A stretch of DNA of 64,000 bases from Candidatus Firestoneibacteriota bacterium (GCA_038042445.1 JBBTED010000072.1:1-64000), one strand, 5' to 3'; positions 35,538 to 45,287 are shown, counted from the stretch's first letter. Notes: generated by a model from the letters alone, not told the origin. A program made the numbers and translations.

Positions 35538-36368
35538 CTATACTTTTATATGTTGGATAACTTTATTCATAAGAAGTGTAAGTTTTGGCTCTGCGGTTTC
35601 TGCTGTTTTTATTATAGAAGTAATATCCGCAGGTTTTAAACAATCAGGTAGACATTCATCTGTTATAACAGAAATACCAAGCACTTTTAAACCACAATGC
35701 ACAGCTACTACTACTTCCGGAACAGTAGACATACCAACTGCATCAGCTCCAATTAATCTTAAAAATCTGTATTCTGCAGCAGTTTCCAAACTTGGACCTG
35801 TAACTCCTACATAAACTCCTTTGTGGTATTTAATTTTGTTTTCAATTGCTATTTTTTCTGCAAGTTTTAATAATTCTTTACTGTATGGCTCACACATATC
35901 AGGATAACGTGGGCCAAGCTTTTCATCGTTATGTCCAATAAGCGGATTGTCCCACATTAGCAAACTTATATGATCAGAAATTATCATTAAATCTCCGGGA
36001 GTGTATTGCGGATTTAAACCACCAGCGGCATTTGAAACAATTAAATATTTTGTACCAAGTGCACGCATTACTCTAACTGGAAAAGTTATTTGCTTCATAT
36101 CATAGCCTTCATATATGTGAAATCTACCTTGCATTGCAACTACCTTTTTATCTCCAATTTTTCCAAAAACTAATTTACCTGCATGTGTTTCAACAGTAGA
36201 AATTGGAAAATGTGGAATCTCACCATAAGGAATACTTACCTTGTTTTTAATTTCATTTGCCAAAGCACCAAGCCCAGTGCCAAGAATAATTGCTATATCC
36301 GGTTTTACTTTTACTTTATTATTGATTACATCTACAGCCAACTTTATATTTTCATGAAGATCTGACAT
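35538..36368 (-). CDS. punA: Purine-nucleoside phosphorylase
   Basis: IILGTGLG, STVETHAG, MQGRFH.YEG, SNAAGG, GPSLET.AE, VGMSTVPE. Confidence 0.95.
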   Translation of the reverse strand: MSDLHENIKLAVDVINNKVKVKPDIAIILGTGLGALANEIKNKVSIPYGEIPHFPISTVETHAGKLVFGKIGDKKVVAMQGRFHIYEGYDMKQITFPVRVMRALGTKYLIVSNAAGGLNPQYTPGDLMIISDHISLLMWDNPLIGHNDEKLGPRYPDMCEPYSKELLKLAEKIAIENKIKYHKGVYVGVTGPSLETAAEYRFLRLIGADAVGMSTVPEVVVAVHCGLKVLGISVITDECLPDCLKPADITSIIKTAETAEPKLTLLMNKVIQHIKV

Positions 36369-36439
36369 TTTTTTCCCTCCTTTAGGAATTAAAACAACAT
36401 TAACTAATTATTATTCATACTATCAAATTCTAAATAAAT

Positions 36440-37603
36440 CTACAAATGTTTATTCAAAATAGTTTTTAGATAATTTTGCCAGCCAATAATCTCTACACCT
36501 TCCAAAGTGTAGGGCTGATCACAATTACAAACAATATAACAGGAAACGTTTTTGTTTTCTGATTTGAATGAACGTAATCCAGATAAATGTGCTCCCGTAA
36601 TAGTTTTACTTTTTTTAATCTCAATAGCAGCTACAATAGTTTTGTTCTTTACTAATAACAAATCAACTTCAGCTCCTGTATTAGTCTGCCAAAAAAACAT
36701 TTGTGTTTCACTCTCAGCATAAACTAACGAACGATATGTTTCTTGTATAATAAATTGTTCAAATAATCTTCCTTGCAAAAAAGGGTCGGAAATAGAAGAC
36801 AGATATTTATTAATAGCATTGGTTACACCATTATCAAATAAATAAAATTTTGGGTGACCAGCAAGTCGTTTCCGAATACTTTTACGCCATGGTTCAAGTT
36901 TGAATCCCAGCAATGTATCTTCTAAAATTTCATAATACGATTTAACTGTCATAATCGGAAGTTGACATTCGCGAGCTATATTACTGAAACTGATAATTTC
37001 TCCAAACTGACTGGCAGCCATATCAAGAAATCTGGAAAAAGCCCCCAAATTCCGAACAATACTTTCGGATTGTATTTCTTGACGCAAATATATATCGCAA
37101 TAACTTTTAAGAGCGTCTTTTTTATCTGAAACATTTTTTTGATTAAATATGTAAGGAATAGAACCAAAATGCAGTATTTCTGATAAATCCATATATTCCT
37201 TAATTTCATTCCAGATAAAAGGAAAAAGAAAACGTTGAACTACCCTGCCACCCAGCAGATTAGCTCCTCCACGTTTAAGTTTACGACAACTTGAACCTGT
37301 TAAAATAAACTTTATTCTGTAATTATCAATAAGATATTGAACCTCATTTAATAGAATTGGAATTCTTTGAATTTCATCAATAAATACAGTTTCAATTTCT
37401 TTGGTTTTTATCTTTTTTTCGACTTCATACCTAAAAAGACTTGGTTCTTTTGAATATTTGAAAAATTGATCATTCAAAAGAAGATTAAGGCTATAAACCT
37501 TTTTTGTAAATAATTGTTGTATTAACGTTGTTTTCCCAGTCTGTCGTGGACCAAACAGAAAGAAAGAACGATTTTTTGGTAGCTTAATTTGTCGCTTAAC
37601 CAT
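36440..37603 (-). CDS. AAA+ ATPase (AAA_14) with DUF4143 nuclease-like C-terminus
   Basis: GPRQTGKT, FIDEIQ, LTGSS, PKFYLFD.G, G.LFE, EVD.......AIEIK. Confidence 0.9.
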   Translation of the reverse strand: MVKRQIKLPKNRSFFLFGPRQTGKTTLIQQLFTKKVYSLNLLLNDQFFKYSKEPSLFRYEVEKKIKTKEIETVFIDEIQRIPILLNEVQYLIDNYRIKFILTGSSCRKLKRGGANLLGGRVVQRFLFPFIWNEIKEYMDLSEILHFGSIPYIFNQKNVSDKKDALKSYCDIYLRQEIQSESIVRNLGAFSRFLDMAASQFGEIISFSNIARECQLPIMTVKSYYEILEDTLLGFKLEPWRKSIRKRLAGHPKFYLFDNGVTNAINKYLSSISDPFLQGRLFEQFIIQETYRSLVYAESETQMFFWQTNTGAEVDLLLVKNKTIVAAIEIKKSKTITGAHLSGLRSFKSENKNVSCYIVCNCDQPYTLEGVEIIGWQNYLKTILNKHL

Positions 37604-37663
37604 GATGTAAAATTGTAATACACTTTTACATGATTGTAAAGAATAATCTTGTTACGAAATTCA

Positions 37664-37795
37664 GGGGGCACAACACTTATTTTTATTCTTTCTCTATAGT
37701 TTTTTGGCTTGATTATGCTGATGAATTAAGTATTGTATCCCCAAAATACATTACCTATTAAATTACCTAATTAAACTGTTATTACCTAATTAAAC
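37664..37795. repeat. MITE-like inverted pair plus short tandem duplications
   Basis: gggggcacaacacttattt / aattaagtattgtatcccc (15/19 inverted), then two exact attacctaattaaac copies plus a variant. Confidence 0.6.
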
Positions 37796-38146
37796 ATTTT
37801 TCCACTGTGCATATTTACCACGGACAAGACATTTCACTTTTTTGTTTGCTTGCATCTGTTTCAAAATATGCCTTACCATATCTATGCTTACCCCGGGACA
37901 TTGTCTTTGAATATTTGCAACAGTAAATGGTGCTTTTTGCTGTTTTATCACAGAACATACAATCTCTGTTTTCGTTCCCATGAGTTCTTTTACTTCTCCA
38001 ACTCGTTCCTTAAATTCTTTATATGCTGAATTTAATATAAACAGAATAAAATTAATATATGGCCATGGATTATGTTTACTTTTATGCCATTGGTAAGAAC
38101 TTTCTTCAAGTGTTTCGCAGTATCTTTCTTTATTAATTTCTATCAA
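37790..38146 (-). pseudogene. C-terminal remnant of a Fic family gene
   Basis: ERLIE.NKERY.ETLE.SS..WH...H.PWPY plus terminal wHTH; no HPF..GNGR motif, N-terminus missing. Confidence 0.7.
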
Positions 38147-38278
38147 ACGTTCAATTTCAATTCTTCAGAAAATAGATTTTTTCATGGCAGAAATGTTATT
38201 CCAGATATTATATAAGGTTTTTCAGTATTGCAAACACATAAAGGTTTTACATTGGGAAACTCCACAATAAAATCTTCC

Positions 38279-38334
38279 ACTATTTTTATTTCTTCTTCTA
38301 TTAAACTGTATAATTTATAAACCATTTGGTCAAT
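38279..38334 (-). repeat. Orphan copy of the 3' end of the type IIG RM gene
   Basis: 52/56 identical to 41493-41548; reads IDQMVYKLYSLIEEEIKIV. Confidence 0.9.
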
Positions 38335-39426
38335 CTATTCCTCCAATTTATTTACTTTCCTGTTACCACTTATAAAATGTTCTCGTGCTATTTTAATAGC
38401 TTGCCGCAACTTCTTTTCTAATATTTCACGCGGTGGTAATTCTGTCAAATATTGAGCAACACGGATACCACTTTTGCCTAATTCAAGAAGTTCAATCTGC
38501 TCATCGGATTTACCTGCACATAAAATTAACCCCAACGGATGTTTTTCACTTACCTTGCGTTCATATTTATCAATCCAACGCAAATAGAGTTCCATTTGCC
38601 CTTTATATTCAGCTTTAAATTTACCAAGTTTTAGTTCAATAGCGATTAGACGACGCAGATTACGATGATAAAAAAGCAAATCTAAATAATAATCTTCTTT
38701 GTCAATTGTTATTCGCTTTTGCCGTGCAACAAATGAAAAGCCTGTACCTAATTCTAAAATAAATGCTTCCAATTCCCTCAGTATAGAAGTTTCAATATCT
38801 TTTTCCTGATAAGCACCTTTAAGTCCAAGAAAATCAAGAAAATAAGGGTCACGAAAGATAAGGTCTGGCGTAAGTTTATCTTCTTCCCTAAGATTAGCCA
38901 GTTCAATTTTAACAAGTTTTTCAGGTCTCTTTGAAATCGCTGTCCGTTCAAACAACATACTGTCAATCTTTTTTGCTAATGTTCGTGTACTCCAATTTTC
39001 AATTCGGCACATTTCCGCATAAAAGTCACGCACAAGTGAATCATCGATATAAATAATCTGTCGGAAATGAGTCCAGCTCAATTGTCTACTCAGTGCGGAG
39101 ACAATTTGTATATCTGGAAAAACTTCCGCAAAGCGTACCATATGCCGAAGGTTTTTATCTGAAAATCCTTCACCGTATTCTGCAACTAACTGTTGTGATA
39201 GTGTTATAACAATCTGCGCTCCATACTCAGCACGTTTTTCTTTGAGAATTTCTTCCTGAATCCTTTTCCCAATACGCCAATACAATAATGTCAATTCAGT
39301 ATTAACAATTGTTGCCACTCGTCCACGAGTAGATTCAATCAAACCTCGTATATCCTCAACGATTATTTTTAAATTTGACACTGAAACAACCAAAAGTCCT
39401 GTGTTTTTATTTTTTCTCTTTTTCAT
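38335..39426 (-). CDS. YhcG/DUF1016 family PD-(D/E)XK nuclease-like protein
   Basis: LYW.IG, LSWTH, WS.RTL, DPYFLDFL, ELG.GF.FVARQ, DLLFYHR.LR.LIAIELK. Confidence 0.93.
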   Translation of the reverse strand: MKKRKNKNTGLLVVSVSNLKIIVEDIRGLIESTRGRVATIVNTELTLLYWRIGKRIQEEILKEKRAEYGAQIVITLSQQLVAEYGEGFSDKNLRHMVRFAEVFPDIQIVSALSRQLSWTHFRQIIYIDDSLVRDFYAEMCRIENWSTRTLAKKIDSMLFERTAISKRPEKLVKIELANLREEDKLTPDLIFRDPYFLDFLGLKGAYQEKDIETSILRELEAFILELGTGFSFVARQKRITIDKEDYYLDLLFYHRNLRRLIAIELKLGKFKAEYKGQMELYLRWIDKYERKVSEKHPLGLILCAGKSDEQIELLELGKSGIRVAQYLTELPPREILEKKLRQAIKIAREHFISGNRKVNKLEE

Positions 39427-39491
39427 TTTTCCCTTCCAATATTTTTATTTCTTCATTTACTCAAAATCCACATGTTGATTAATAAAATCCA

Positions 39492-39752
39492 CTATAGCAC
39501 CTTGATAAAATTTAATACCTTTACCAAATATATTTTGAGTGTTGTAGTATTTTCTTTGTATTTTCTTTGTATTTTCTCTGATAGTTTATAACATGTTGAT
39601 GCAAACTCTTTATTTTCACAATTATCGATTTTTAATCTTTCCATATTTTCTTCATGAAAACCACATCCAAGAAAAAATATATTGCTTGCCTCTTCCATCG
39701 CCTGTTCAGCTAAAGCTAAAACAAGAGAAACATTATCATAAGTTTTACTTTG
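39492..39752 (-). pseudogene. Gene remnant resembling a SIR2/AbiH-like C-terminus
   Basis: A..IFFLGCGFHEENMERL motif; in-frame stop shortly upstream and no room for the N-terminus. Confidence 0.4.
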
Positions 39753-39835
39753 TTACCCCTAAAGAATCTGCAATATTTTGTATAAATTTATAGATGTTCT
39801 GTTTGATTTAATGCTCGTGACTTATTTTCAATTAT

Positions 39836-40207
39836 TCAATTCTCTTTGTTTATATCAGGAGGCGATACACAAAATGGTGGAGTAAGCTTGGGATAATCAT
39901 GTTCAAAAAAAAGTTTGATTCTATTTGCTAATCGTTCAGGTTCATCAGGAGACATTACTAAAATGCCGTAGTGATGTTTTCCTTCTTGAACCCATCTATT
40001 GTGTAAATGTCTAAAATCTCTTCTATTATGAGTTGTCAATATATATTTTCCTTCAACTGCATATTGTAGTTGAAATTCGTCACTAACACCTTGATTTTTT
40101 ACTCTTAATGTATGTATCGCTGTAATTTCATACTCTGATAGTAAATCAACTAAACGAATTGCAATATTCTCATTTAGATAAAGTTTAGGTTGTTCTATTT
40201 TAGGCAT
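39836..40207 (-). CDS. DUF5615 PIN-like toxin
   Basis: KLYLNENI, G.SDE.QL.YA, THNRRDF, HYGIL. Confidence 0.85.
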   Translation of the reverse strand: MPKIEQPKLYLNENIAIRLVDLLSEYEITAIHTLRVKNQGVSDEFQLQYAVEGKYILTTHNRRDFRHLHNRWVQEGKHHYGILVMSPDEPERLANRIKLFFEHDYPKLTPPFCVSPPDINKEN

Positions 40208-40595
40208 TTACTTCTTTCTCTTCCTGCAAATATAAATCAATTTCTTTCGTATGATTTTCATAATACTCAATTGCTGCAATTATTTGTTGGGTATTCAAGT
40301 GTGGGTATTCATCCCTAATCTTTTGAATATCCCAACCTAACAAAAAGTGTAATTCTACAATATTTGTGACAGAAATACGAGTACCCAAAATTATTGGTTT
40401 TCCCTGACATATTTTTGGATTTTTTGTAATAAGCAAAGTTCTAAAAACTGCCTCATTTGCTAATGAGTATCTATTACTATAATATATTCCTGTTTGCAGA
40501 ACTAAAATATTGATTATAGTTGTAGTAGTTGTAGTAGTTCTCCATTTTGTATATTCCAATCCCTTTTCATAGCTTAAAAAAGAAAATTTATTCAT
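40200..40595 (-). CDS. DUF433 antitoxin-like protein with N-terminal extension
   Basis: ITKNPKICQGKPIILGTRISV..IV, EYPHL...QI.AAI.YY; GGAG SD upstream of 40595. Confidence 0.85.
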   Translation of the reverse strand: MNKFSFLSYEKGLEYTKWRTTTTTTTIINILVLQTGIYYSNRYSLANEAVFRTLLITKNPKICQGKPIILGTRISVTNIVELHFLLGWDIQKIRDEYPHLNTQQIIAAIEYYENHTKEIDLYLQEEKEVNA

Positions 40596-40619
40596 AAAAT
40601 CAAACTCCTTATATAATAT

Positions 40620-41354
40620 TTATTGTAACAAAAGCACTTTTTTGAGATGATTATCTATTATTGAATCTGAAAAGTTCCAAACTTTTTCTATTTCACTGGG
40701 TTCCATTGACCTAGAAAGATTTCTATTGTTAATATCAACACGTACAGTAATAAAAAAAGGATCTGCTATATTCTGTTGTAAATAATGAACATTTGTTTGT
40801 ACATTATAAATATCAGCATTTTCCTTATGATACTTTGCAAAAGAAAGACTAAGTTCTCCAATATCATTGAAATCAGCAGAAAATAAGTTTTGAAATACCT
40901 GTGTTTTATCCTTTTCCTCAAAAGGACCTAAAACTAGCTCATATATTTTACCAGTCCGCTGGCACTGTGAATTTCTAATAATTTCTTGCACCTTAAACAC
41001 CCACTGGCATATTTTTTTATTTCTATTGTTATCGTGTTCTTTAATCTCTTTTCCAGAAACTTTAATTGGTAAAAAAAATGAAAAACTATCGTTTGAAAGA
41101 ATAAAAGAAGGGAAAGTAGTTGTATTAGGACCTATTATTAGTTGGCGTAAGACTTGAAATAAACATGAAGAACTTTTCTGTAACGGTTCATCAAACAATT
41201 GAAATACTTCAGAATCTAAATCTACCAATCCATTCTTTAATGCCATTTTTTCAGCATCAGTGAATTCTCTTCTAATAGGTATTCTGCATCCAAATTGCAC
41301 ACTAAATTGGCAAATTTTTTCGTTTTTAAAAAAATGGTCATTGTTATTCTGCAT
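40620..41354 (-). CDS. Hypothetical protein (possibly TIGR04255-like)
   Basis: Strong AAGGAGG SD, own promoter candidate; family resemblance weak. Confidence 0.6.
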   Translation of the reverse strand: MQNNNDHFFKNEKICQFSVQFGCRIPIRREFTDAEKMALKNGLVDLDSEVFQLFDEPLQKSSSCLFQVLRQLIIGPNTTTFPSFILSNDSFSFFLPIKVSGKEIKEHDNNRNKKICQWVFKVQEIIRNSQCQRTGKIYELVLGPFEEKDKTQVFQNLFSADFNDIGELSLSFAKYHKENADIYNVQTNVHYLQQNIADPFFITVRVDINNRNLSRSMEPSEIEKVWNFSDSIIDNHLKKVLLLQ

Positions 41355-41423
41355 TTTTTCCTCCTTTGTTAAAAGTCAAATATTTTCTCTCTTTTATCAG
41401 GTAATATATCTTTACTGTTTTTA

Positions 41424-41452
41424 ATAGTATCACTTTTCCTTTAAAACTACAA
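41424..41452 (-). promoter_or_regulatory. Candidate promoter of the three-gene module
   Basis: TTGTAG-17 nt-TACTAT with a TG extension. Confidence 0.5.
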
Positions 41453-41476
41453 TAAAAAACGCGATTTCAAAAAGTC

Positions 41477-43858
41477 TCATTTTGATTTCTCAACTATTTT
41501 TATTTCTTCTTCTGTTAAACCGTATAATTCATACACCATTTGGTCAATTTGGTGTTCGTATTCTTTGACTTTTGCTTGCTTGGTAGAATTGGTTAAATAA
41601 TTTCCCTCTTGTCCCCCTTTATTAAAGGGGGATGAAGGGGGATTTGTTATTGCAAGAATTTTATCTACAAGTTCAATAAATGGTTTTTGCTCGATTTCAG
41701 AAATTTTTGGAATAGGAAGTTGTTCAATCGAAACCTTGCTATATTTATAACCATTTCTACCTAAAGTATTTCCAACATAATATTTTCTAAAAAACGTATC
41801 AATTGGTTTTGAATTAAGTAAAGCAATAAGATATTTGAGATTTTTCCCTACCATAATAAACCCTGTATCTAAACAGTATAATTTATCTGTAGCATAAGTA
41901 AATGAAGACTCCTGAACTATAAGTTGCCACACAATTTTCTCTTTTTCAAATTCTCCATAATAATCACAACCTCTTAACTCATACCATTTCTTTTTGCCGT
42001 ATTTTGCTTCCCAAACCTGTTCTAATTGACTTTTATATTGTTTCAAATAATTATAAATTGCTTCATATTTTTTTATATCTATATCAGCATAAGAATAAAT
42101 TAAATAATACCCTTTATATTCATGATGCCATTTATTTATATCCCTGCCTCTTAAAATCGGTTTTAAAATCTCTTTAGATTTTGGGTCTTCTTTACACAAT
42201 CTTTCTTTTGTTTCATTATCAATAATAAATGCTTCATTTAAACCTGTAGTAACACCTCTGTATATTTTTACATTACAATCTTTCAATGGAATACCTATTT
42301 TTTCAATCTTCTTTTTTAACGCCAGCACTTTATCATCTGCTAAAGTCCAACCGGAATCAGAAAATTCATTTTGTTTGATAGATTGATGCTTTTTATACGC
42401 ATATTCATCCAGATTTTCACCCGTAAAGTCGTTTCCAATATTGATATAGGTAGCAATATATTCAAATTGTGGTTTTGTCTTTTGAAACAAAAGGATATTG
42501 GTATCAACAGTAGCAGTCTCAAATACTTTATGCCCACCAAAATCAATTATATTTACTACTTTAGTATTTGTCTTAAAAAAGTTACGCAGTTTTTCACCAT
42601 ATTTTGCTCTCATCCATTTATTACTTGAGATAAAACAAGAATAACCTTTTGGGCTAAGAATATGATAACTTCTTTCATAAAAATAAGTGTAAAGGTCAGA
42701 AGTTGAATTATAAATTTCATACCCCTGTCTTTGTAATGCCTGTTTATATTCTTTTATATCTTCTTGTCTCACATATGGCGGGTTGGCAATTACTACGTCA
42801 AAGCCACCTTTTTCGTTGAAAACTTCGGCGAAATGTAGTTTCCACAGGAAAAATGGTTTGATGTTAGCTTTTCTGAATTGTCTTACTTTTTCTATATCGG
42901 ATTGCTTGCCTTCTTCTTTTAAGGTTTTTTCAATTAGCTCCCATGTCAGATTTTCTATTTGCTCTTTTAATTTATCTTTTTTTGTTTTTTGTGTTTCATC
43001 TCGGAATTGTTCATGTAAAGATTTTAATAGCTCTGCAGTTTTCTTTGCTTCGCTTAGTTCATCAAAGAAAGTTGTTGCTTCAGGTTTATTTTTTGGCTGT
43101 TTGAGTTGTTTAAGTTCTTTATCTATTGCGATTAGTTCTGAATCCTTTGCTAATAATTCTGCAGGATTTGATTTACCAAAAACATCTAATTCTTTGTATT
43201 TCCTTGAAAGTTTAGATTGTTTTTCTTTTAATTCTTCAAGTTTTTTCTTATCAAAATCTACACCAGTTACATATTTTTCATCAAATAGTTTTATGCCTTC
43301 AAATTCTTCCAATAAACTATTGCCTTGCATTACCTTATAATCCAAGTTTGGAAGTGGTTTTATATGTTTCATATCTTCTTCATCTACTATTAGGGATAAC
43401 CACATTCTTAGTTTGGCGATTTCTACTGCTCCGGAGTCTATGTCTACACCATAAAGGCAGTTTTGGATTGCGTGGCGTTTGAAGTTGTAGGGAGTGCGAG
43501 ATTCTTCGCTTTGCTCAGAATGACAAAAAGAACGGGATTGCTTCACTTCGTTCGCAATGACACTTGTTGTTTTTGCCGATAAATCGGCAACTACATCACT
43601 TGGAATAACAGATACATAAGGATTTAGGGACATACGGGCTTTTACGATTTCGTTCATCATACCAACTGGGAAAGCACCGCTGCCAATAGCTGGATCGCAG
43701 ACTCTTATGTTTTGAAGTTTTTCGTCAATAAGATTAGCGTTGTTTTTAATACTATCTGGTAGCTCTGGTTTATATTTACTGTTTTTAATTTTACCTGTTT
43801 GAATATCCTGTTCCTTCTGGTTGGCAACAGTTTCGCTTTCTAAAGTAGCATCTCCCAT
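41477..43858 (-). CDS. Type IIG restriction-modification enzyme, C-terminal part (N6-adenine MTase + TaqI-like TRD)
   Basis: DPAIGSGAF motif I, LYGVDID, PLPNL, IANPPYV motif IV, FEKEKIVW, IDQMVYELYGL end; frame is open from 43984. Confidence 0.9.
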   Translation of the reverse strand: MGDATLESETVANQKEQDIQTGKIKNSKYKPELPDSIKNNANLIDEKLQNIRVCDPAIGSGAFPVGMMNEIVKARMSLNPYVSVIPSDVVADLSAKTTSVIANEVKQSRSFCHSEQSEESRTPYNFKRHAIQNCLYGVDIDSGAVEIAKLRMWLSLIVDEEDMKHIKPLPNLDYKVMQGNSLLEEFEGIKLFDEKYVTGVDFDKKKLEELKEKQSKLSRKYKELDVFGKSNPAELLAKDSELIAIDKELKQLKQPKNKPEATTFFDELSEAKKTAELLKSLHEQFRDETQKTKKDKLKEQIENLTWELIEKTLKEEGKQSDIEKVRQFRKANIKPFFLWKLHFAEVFNEKGGFDVVIANPPYVRQEDIKEYKQALQRQGYEIYNSTSDLYTYFYERSYHILSPKGYSCFISSNKWMRAKYGEKLRNFFKTNTKVVNIIDFGGHKVFETATVDTNILLFQKTKPQFEYIATYINIGNDFTGENLDEYAYKKHQSIKQNEFSDSGWTLADDKVLALKKKIEKIGIPLKDCNVKIYRGVTTGLNEAFIIDNETKERLCKEDPKSKEILKPILRGRDINKWHHEYKGYYLIYSYADIDIKKYEAIYNYLKQYKSQLEQVWEAKYGKKKWYELRGCDYYGEFEKEKIVWQLIVQESSFTYATDKLYCLDTGFIMVGKNLKYLIALLNSKPIDTFFRKYYVGNTLGRNGYKYSKVSIEQLPIPKISEIEQKPFIELVDKILAITNPPSSPFNKGGQEGNYLTNSTKQAKVKEYEHQIDQMVYELYGLTEEEIKIVEKSK
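41604..41645. repeat. CCCCCTT..AAGGGGG palindrome in-frame in the RM gene
   Basis: Encodes NPPSSPFNKGGQEG; inverted copy of the intergenic elements at 49391-49423 and 63213-63244. Confidence 0.85.
43498..43595. repeat. Three stacked palindromic repeats in-frame in the RM gene
   Basis: gagattcttcgctttgctcagaatgaca, gggattgcttcacttcgttcgcaatgaca, ttgccgataaatcggcaactaca. Confidence 0.85.
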
Positions 43859-43900
43859 TCTTATGAGTTTCCTGATGTCTTCTGGTGAAACTACTGGATT

Positions 43901-43974
43901 AGATCCTGAAACAAGTTCAGGATGACAATCTATTACATCACCCTCACCCTGCCCTCTCCCATCAAGGGAGAGGG
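43901..43974. repeat. Two palindromic repeats at the RM gene break
   Basis: agatcctgaaacaagttcaggatgaca and ccctcaccctgccctctcccatcaagggagaggg. Confidence 0.85.
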
Positions 43975-45287
43975 AGATAAAGAATCAGAAGAGAGTTCTG
44001 TTGTTGGTAATTTATTAGACTTTCTTGACACATATAATGAACTATTTCTCTTGGGGTATAATATGCGCCTTGTCCTTTTCTTAAATTATCTGAGAGCAGG
44101 TTTTCAAATACTTTACCAAGCATTTCAGGGTCTATTGCTACTTCTTTTTCAAGTGGTTCATCTTCTCGGACTGTAAAATTATACAAATCAAAAACATCAA
44201 GAACACCAGAACCTTCGATATCGTTTTTGGTTCTGTTTGAAAATAAATCGTTTGGAAGAATTATATCTGTTTTGCCCCAATCATAATTATTTATGGGTTC
44301 AAATAAACCGCCATTTAAAAAAGGTATTCTGCATTTGAATTTTTCATAAAAAGCTCTTTCGCCTCTATCTGTGGCTAATGCCTCATAAAATAATGGCTCA
44401 AGAATATCATTAAAAAAATTATTATAATCGCTGTGTTTCTTTTCAAATAGCTGGCGCAAAAAATTCTTTGGTCCAGTTCCCCAATTTTTATCTCTTTGGA
44501 CACCAAACCAACCTTTTTTTTGTAAAAAATATAGAAAAACAATCTGGCCAAGTAATTTTTTGGAAAAATCATCTGTATTAACAACTTTGTCTGCGAACTC
44601 TTTTTGAACAATATTGTCTTCGTTGATTATTTTTTCAATAGCTTTTTTAATTTTCTCATAAAGATCTTTATATTTTCCAAAAAATTCTTTGGTAACTGTT
44701 TCAACATTAAATGCTTCTTCTAATTGCTTTAAATTTGGATTAGTTTTATCGTCTTCAACAATTTCAACGAGTTGCCTTTGAGCAGTATGACTATTTTCAT
44801 TTTTCCCAACCAAAAATGACCAACGTCTTGCAGGTGTGAAATGTTCTTTTATCTTGTGTCTGCCGTTTTTATCCTCTGCCCACCTATATTCCATTTTCAC
44901 CAAAGAAAAACGCCAATCTTCCTCATTTGGCGAAACAAAAGCTACTAATGCAGCATCTTTGAGTTCATTACCTCTGCTTCCATTAAGATACCAAGCTATG
45001 AAATTCCTTTGCATAGTTCTTGCTCGTTCTATTGATGTTTCTTTTTTTAGATGAACTATAAGAATATCTATCTTGTTTTCTCCATCTGTATATTTCGCAA
45101 GTCTTTTCAAAGTACTTATATATTGCTTATAAGGATCTGGAATAATCTTACCGCTATAAGGATGTTTGTGTTCAATTTGTTCAGCTTTAAGATTGAGAAG
45201 ATTAATAATAAAATTAATAAATCTCGTTTTATCAAAAGGATTTTCAAATGTTTCTCTTACTATTTTTGATGCTTCTTCTCTTTTCAT
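43962..45287 (-). CDS. Type IIG restriction-modification enzyme, N-terminal part (interrupted)
   Basis: WRFSLVK, VTKEFF..Y, FLQKKGW, IPFLNGGLF, DPEMLGKVFENL, GAYYTPREIVHYMC; similarity stops at INY. Confidence 0.85.
   Translation of the reverse strand: MKREEASKIVRETFENPFDKTRFINFIINLLNLKAEQIEHKHPYSGKIIPDPYKQYISTLKRLAKYTDGENKIDILIVHLKKETSIERARTMQRNFIAWYLNGSRGNELKDAALVAFVSPNEEDWRFSLVKMEYRWAEDKNGRHKIKEHFTPARRWSFLVGKNENSHTAQRQLVEIVEDDKTNPNLKQLEEAFNVETVTKEFFGKYKDLYEKIKKAIEKIINEDNIVQKEFADKVVNTDDFSKKLLGQIVFLYFLQKKGWFGVQRDKNWGTGPKNFLRQLFEKKHSDYNNFFNDILEPLFYEALATDRGERAFYEKFKCRIPFLNGGLFEPINNYDWGKTDIILPNDLFSNRTKNDIEGSGVLDVFDLYNFTVREDEPLEKEVAIDPEMLGKVFENLLSDNLRKGQGAYYTPREIVHYMCQESLINYQQQNSLLILYLPLP

Noticed and set aside
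38335..38337. TAG readthrough or recoded stop extending YhcG
   Set aside because: TAG ends other genes here at their expected ends (punA, helicase); a duplicated RM tail explains the downstream sequence
40519..40539. Poly-Thr repeat as a phase-variation tract
   Set aside because: Unit lengths are multiples of three, so slippage would not shift the frame
43962..43984. Programmed +1 frameshift joining the RM halves
   Set aside because: CCT-TGA is not a recognised shift site, no SD-like stimulator is seen, and similarity is already lost upstream
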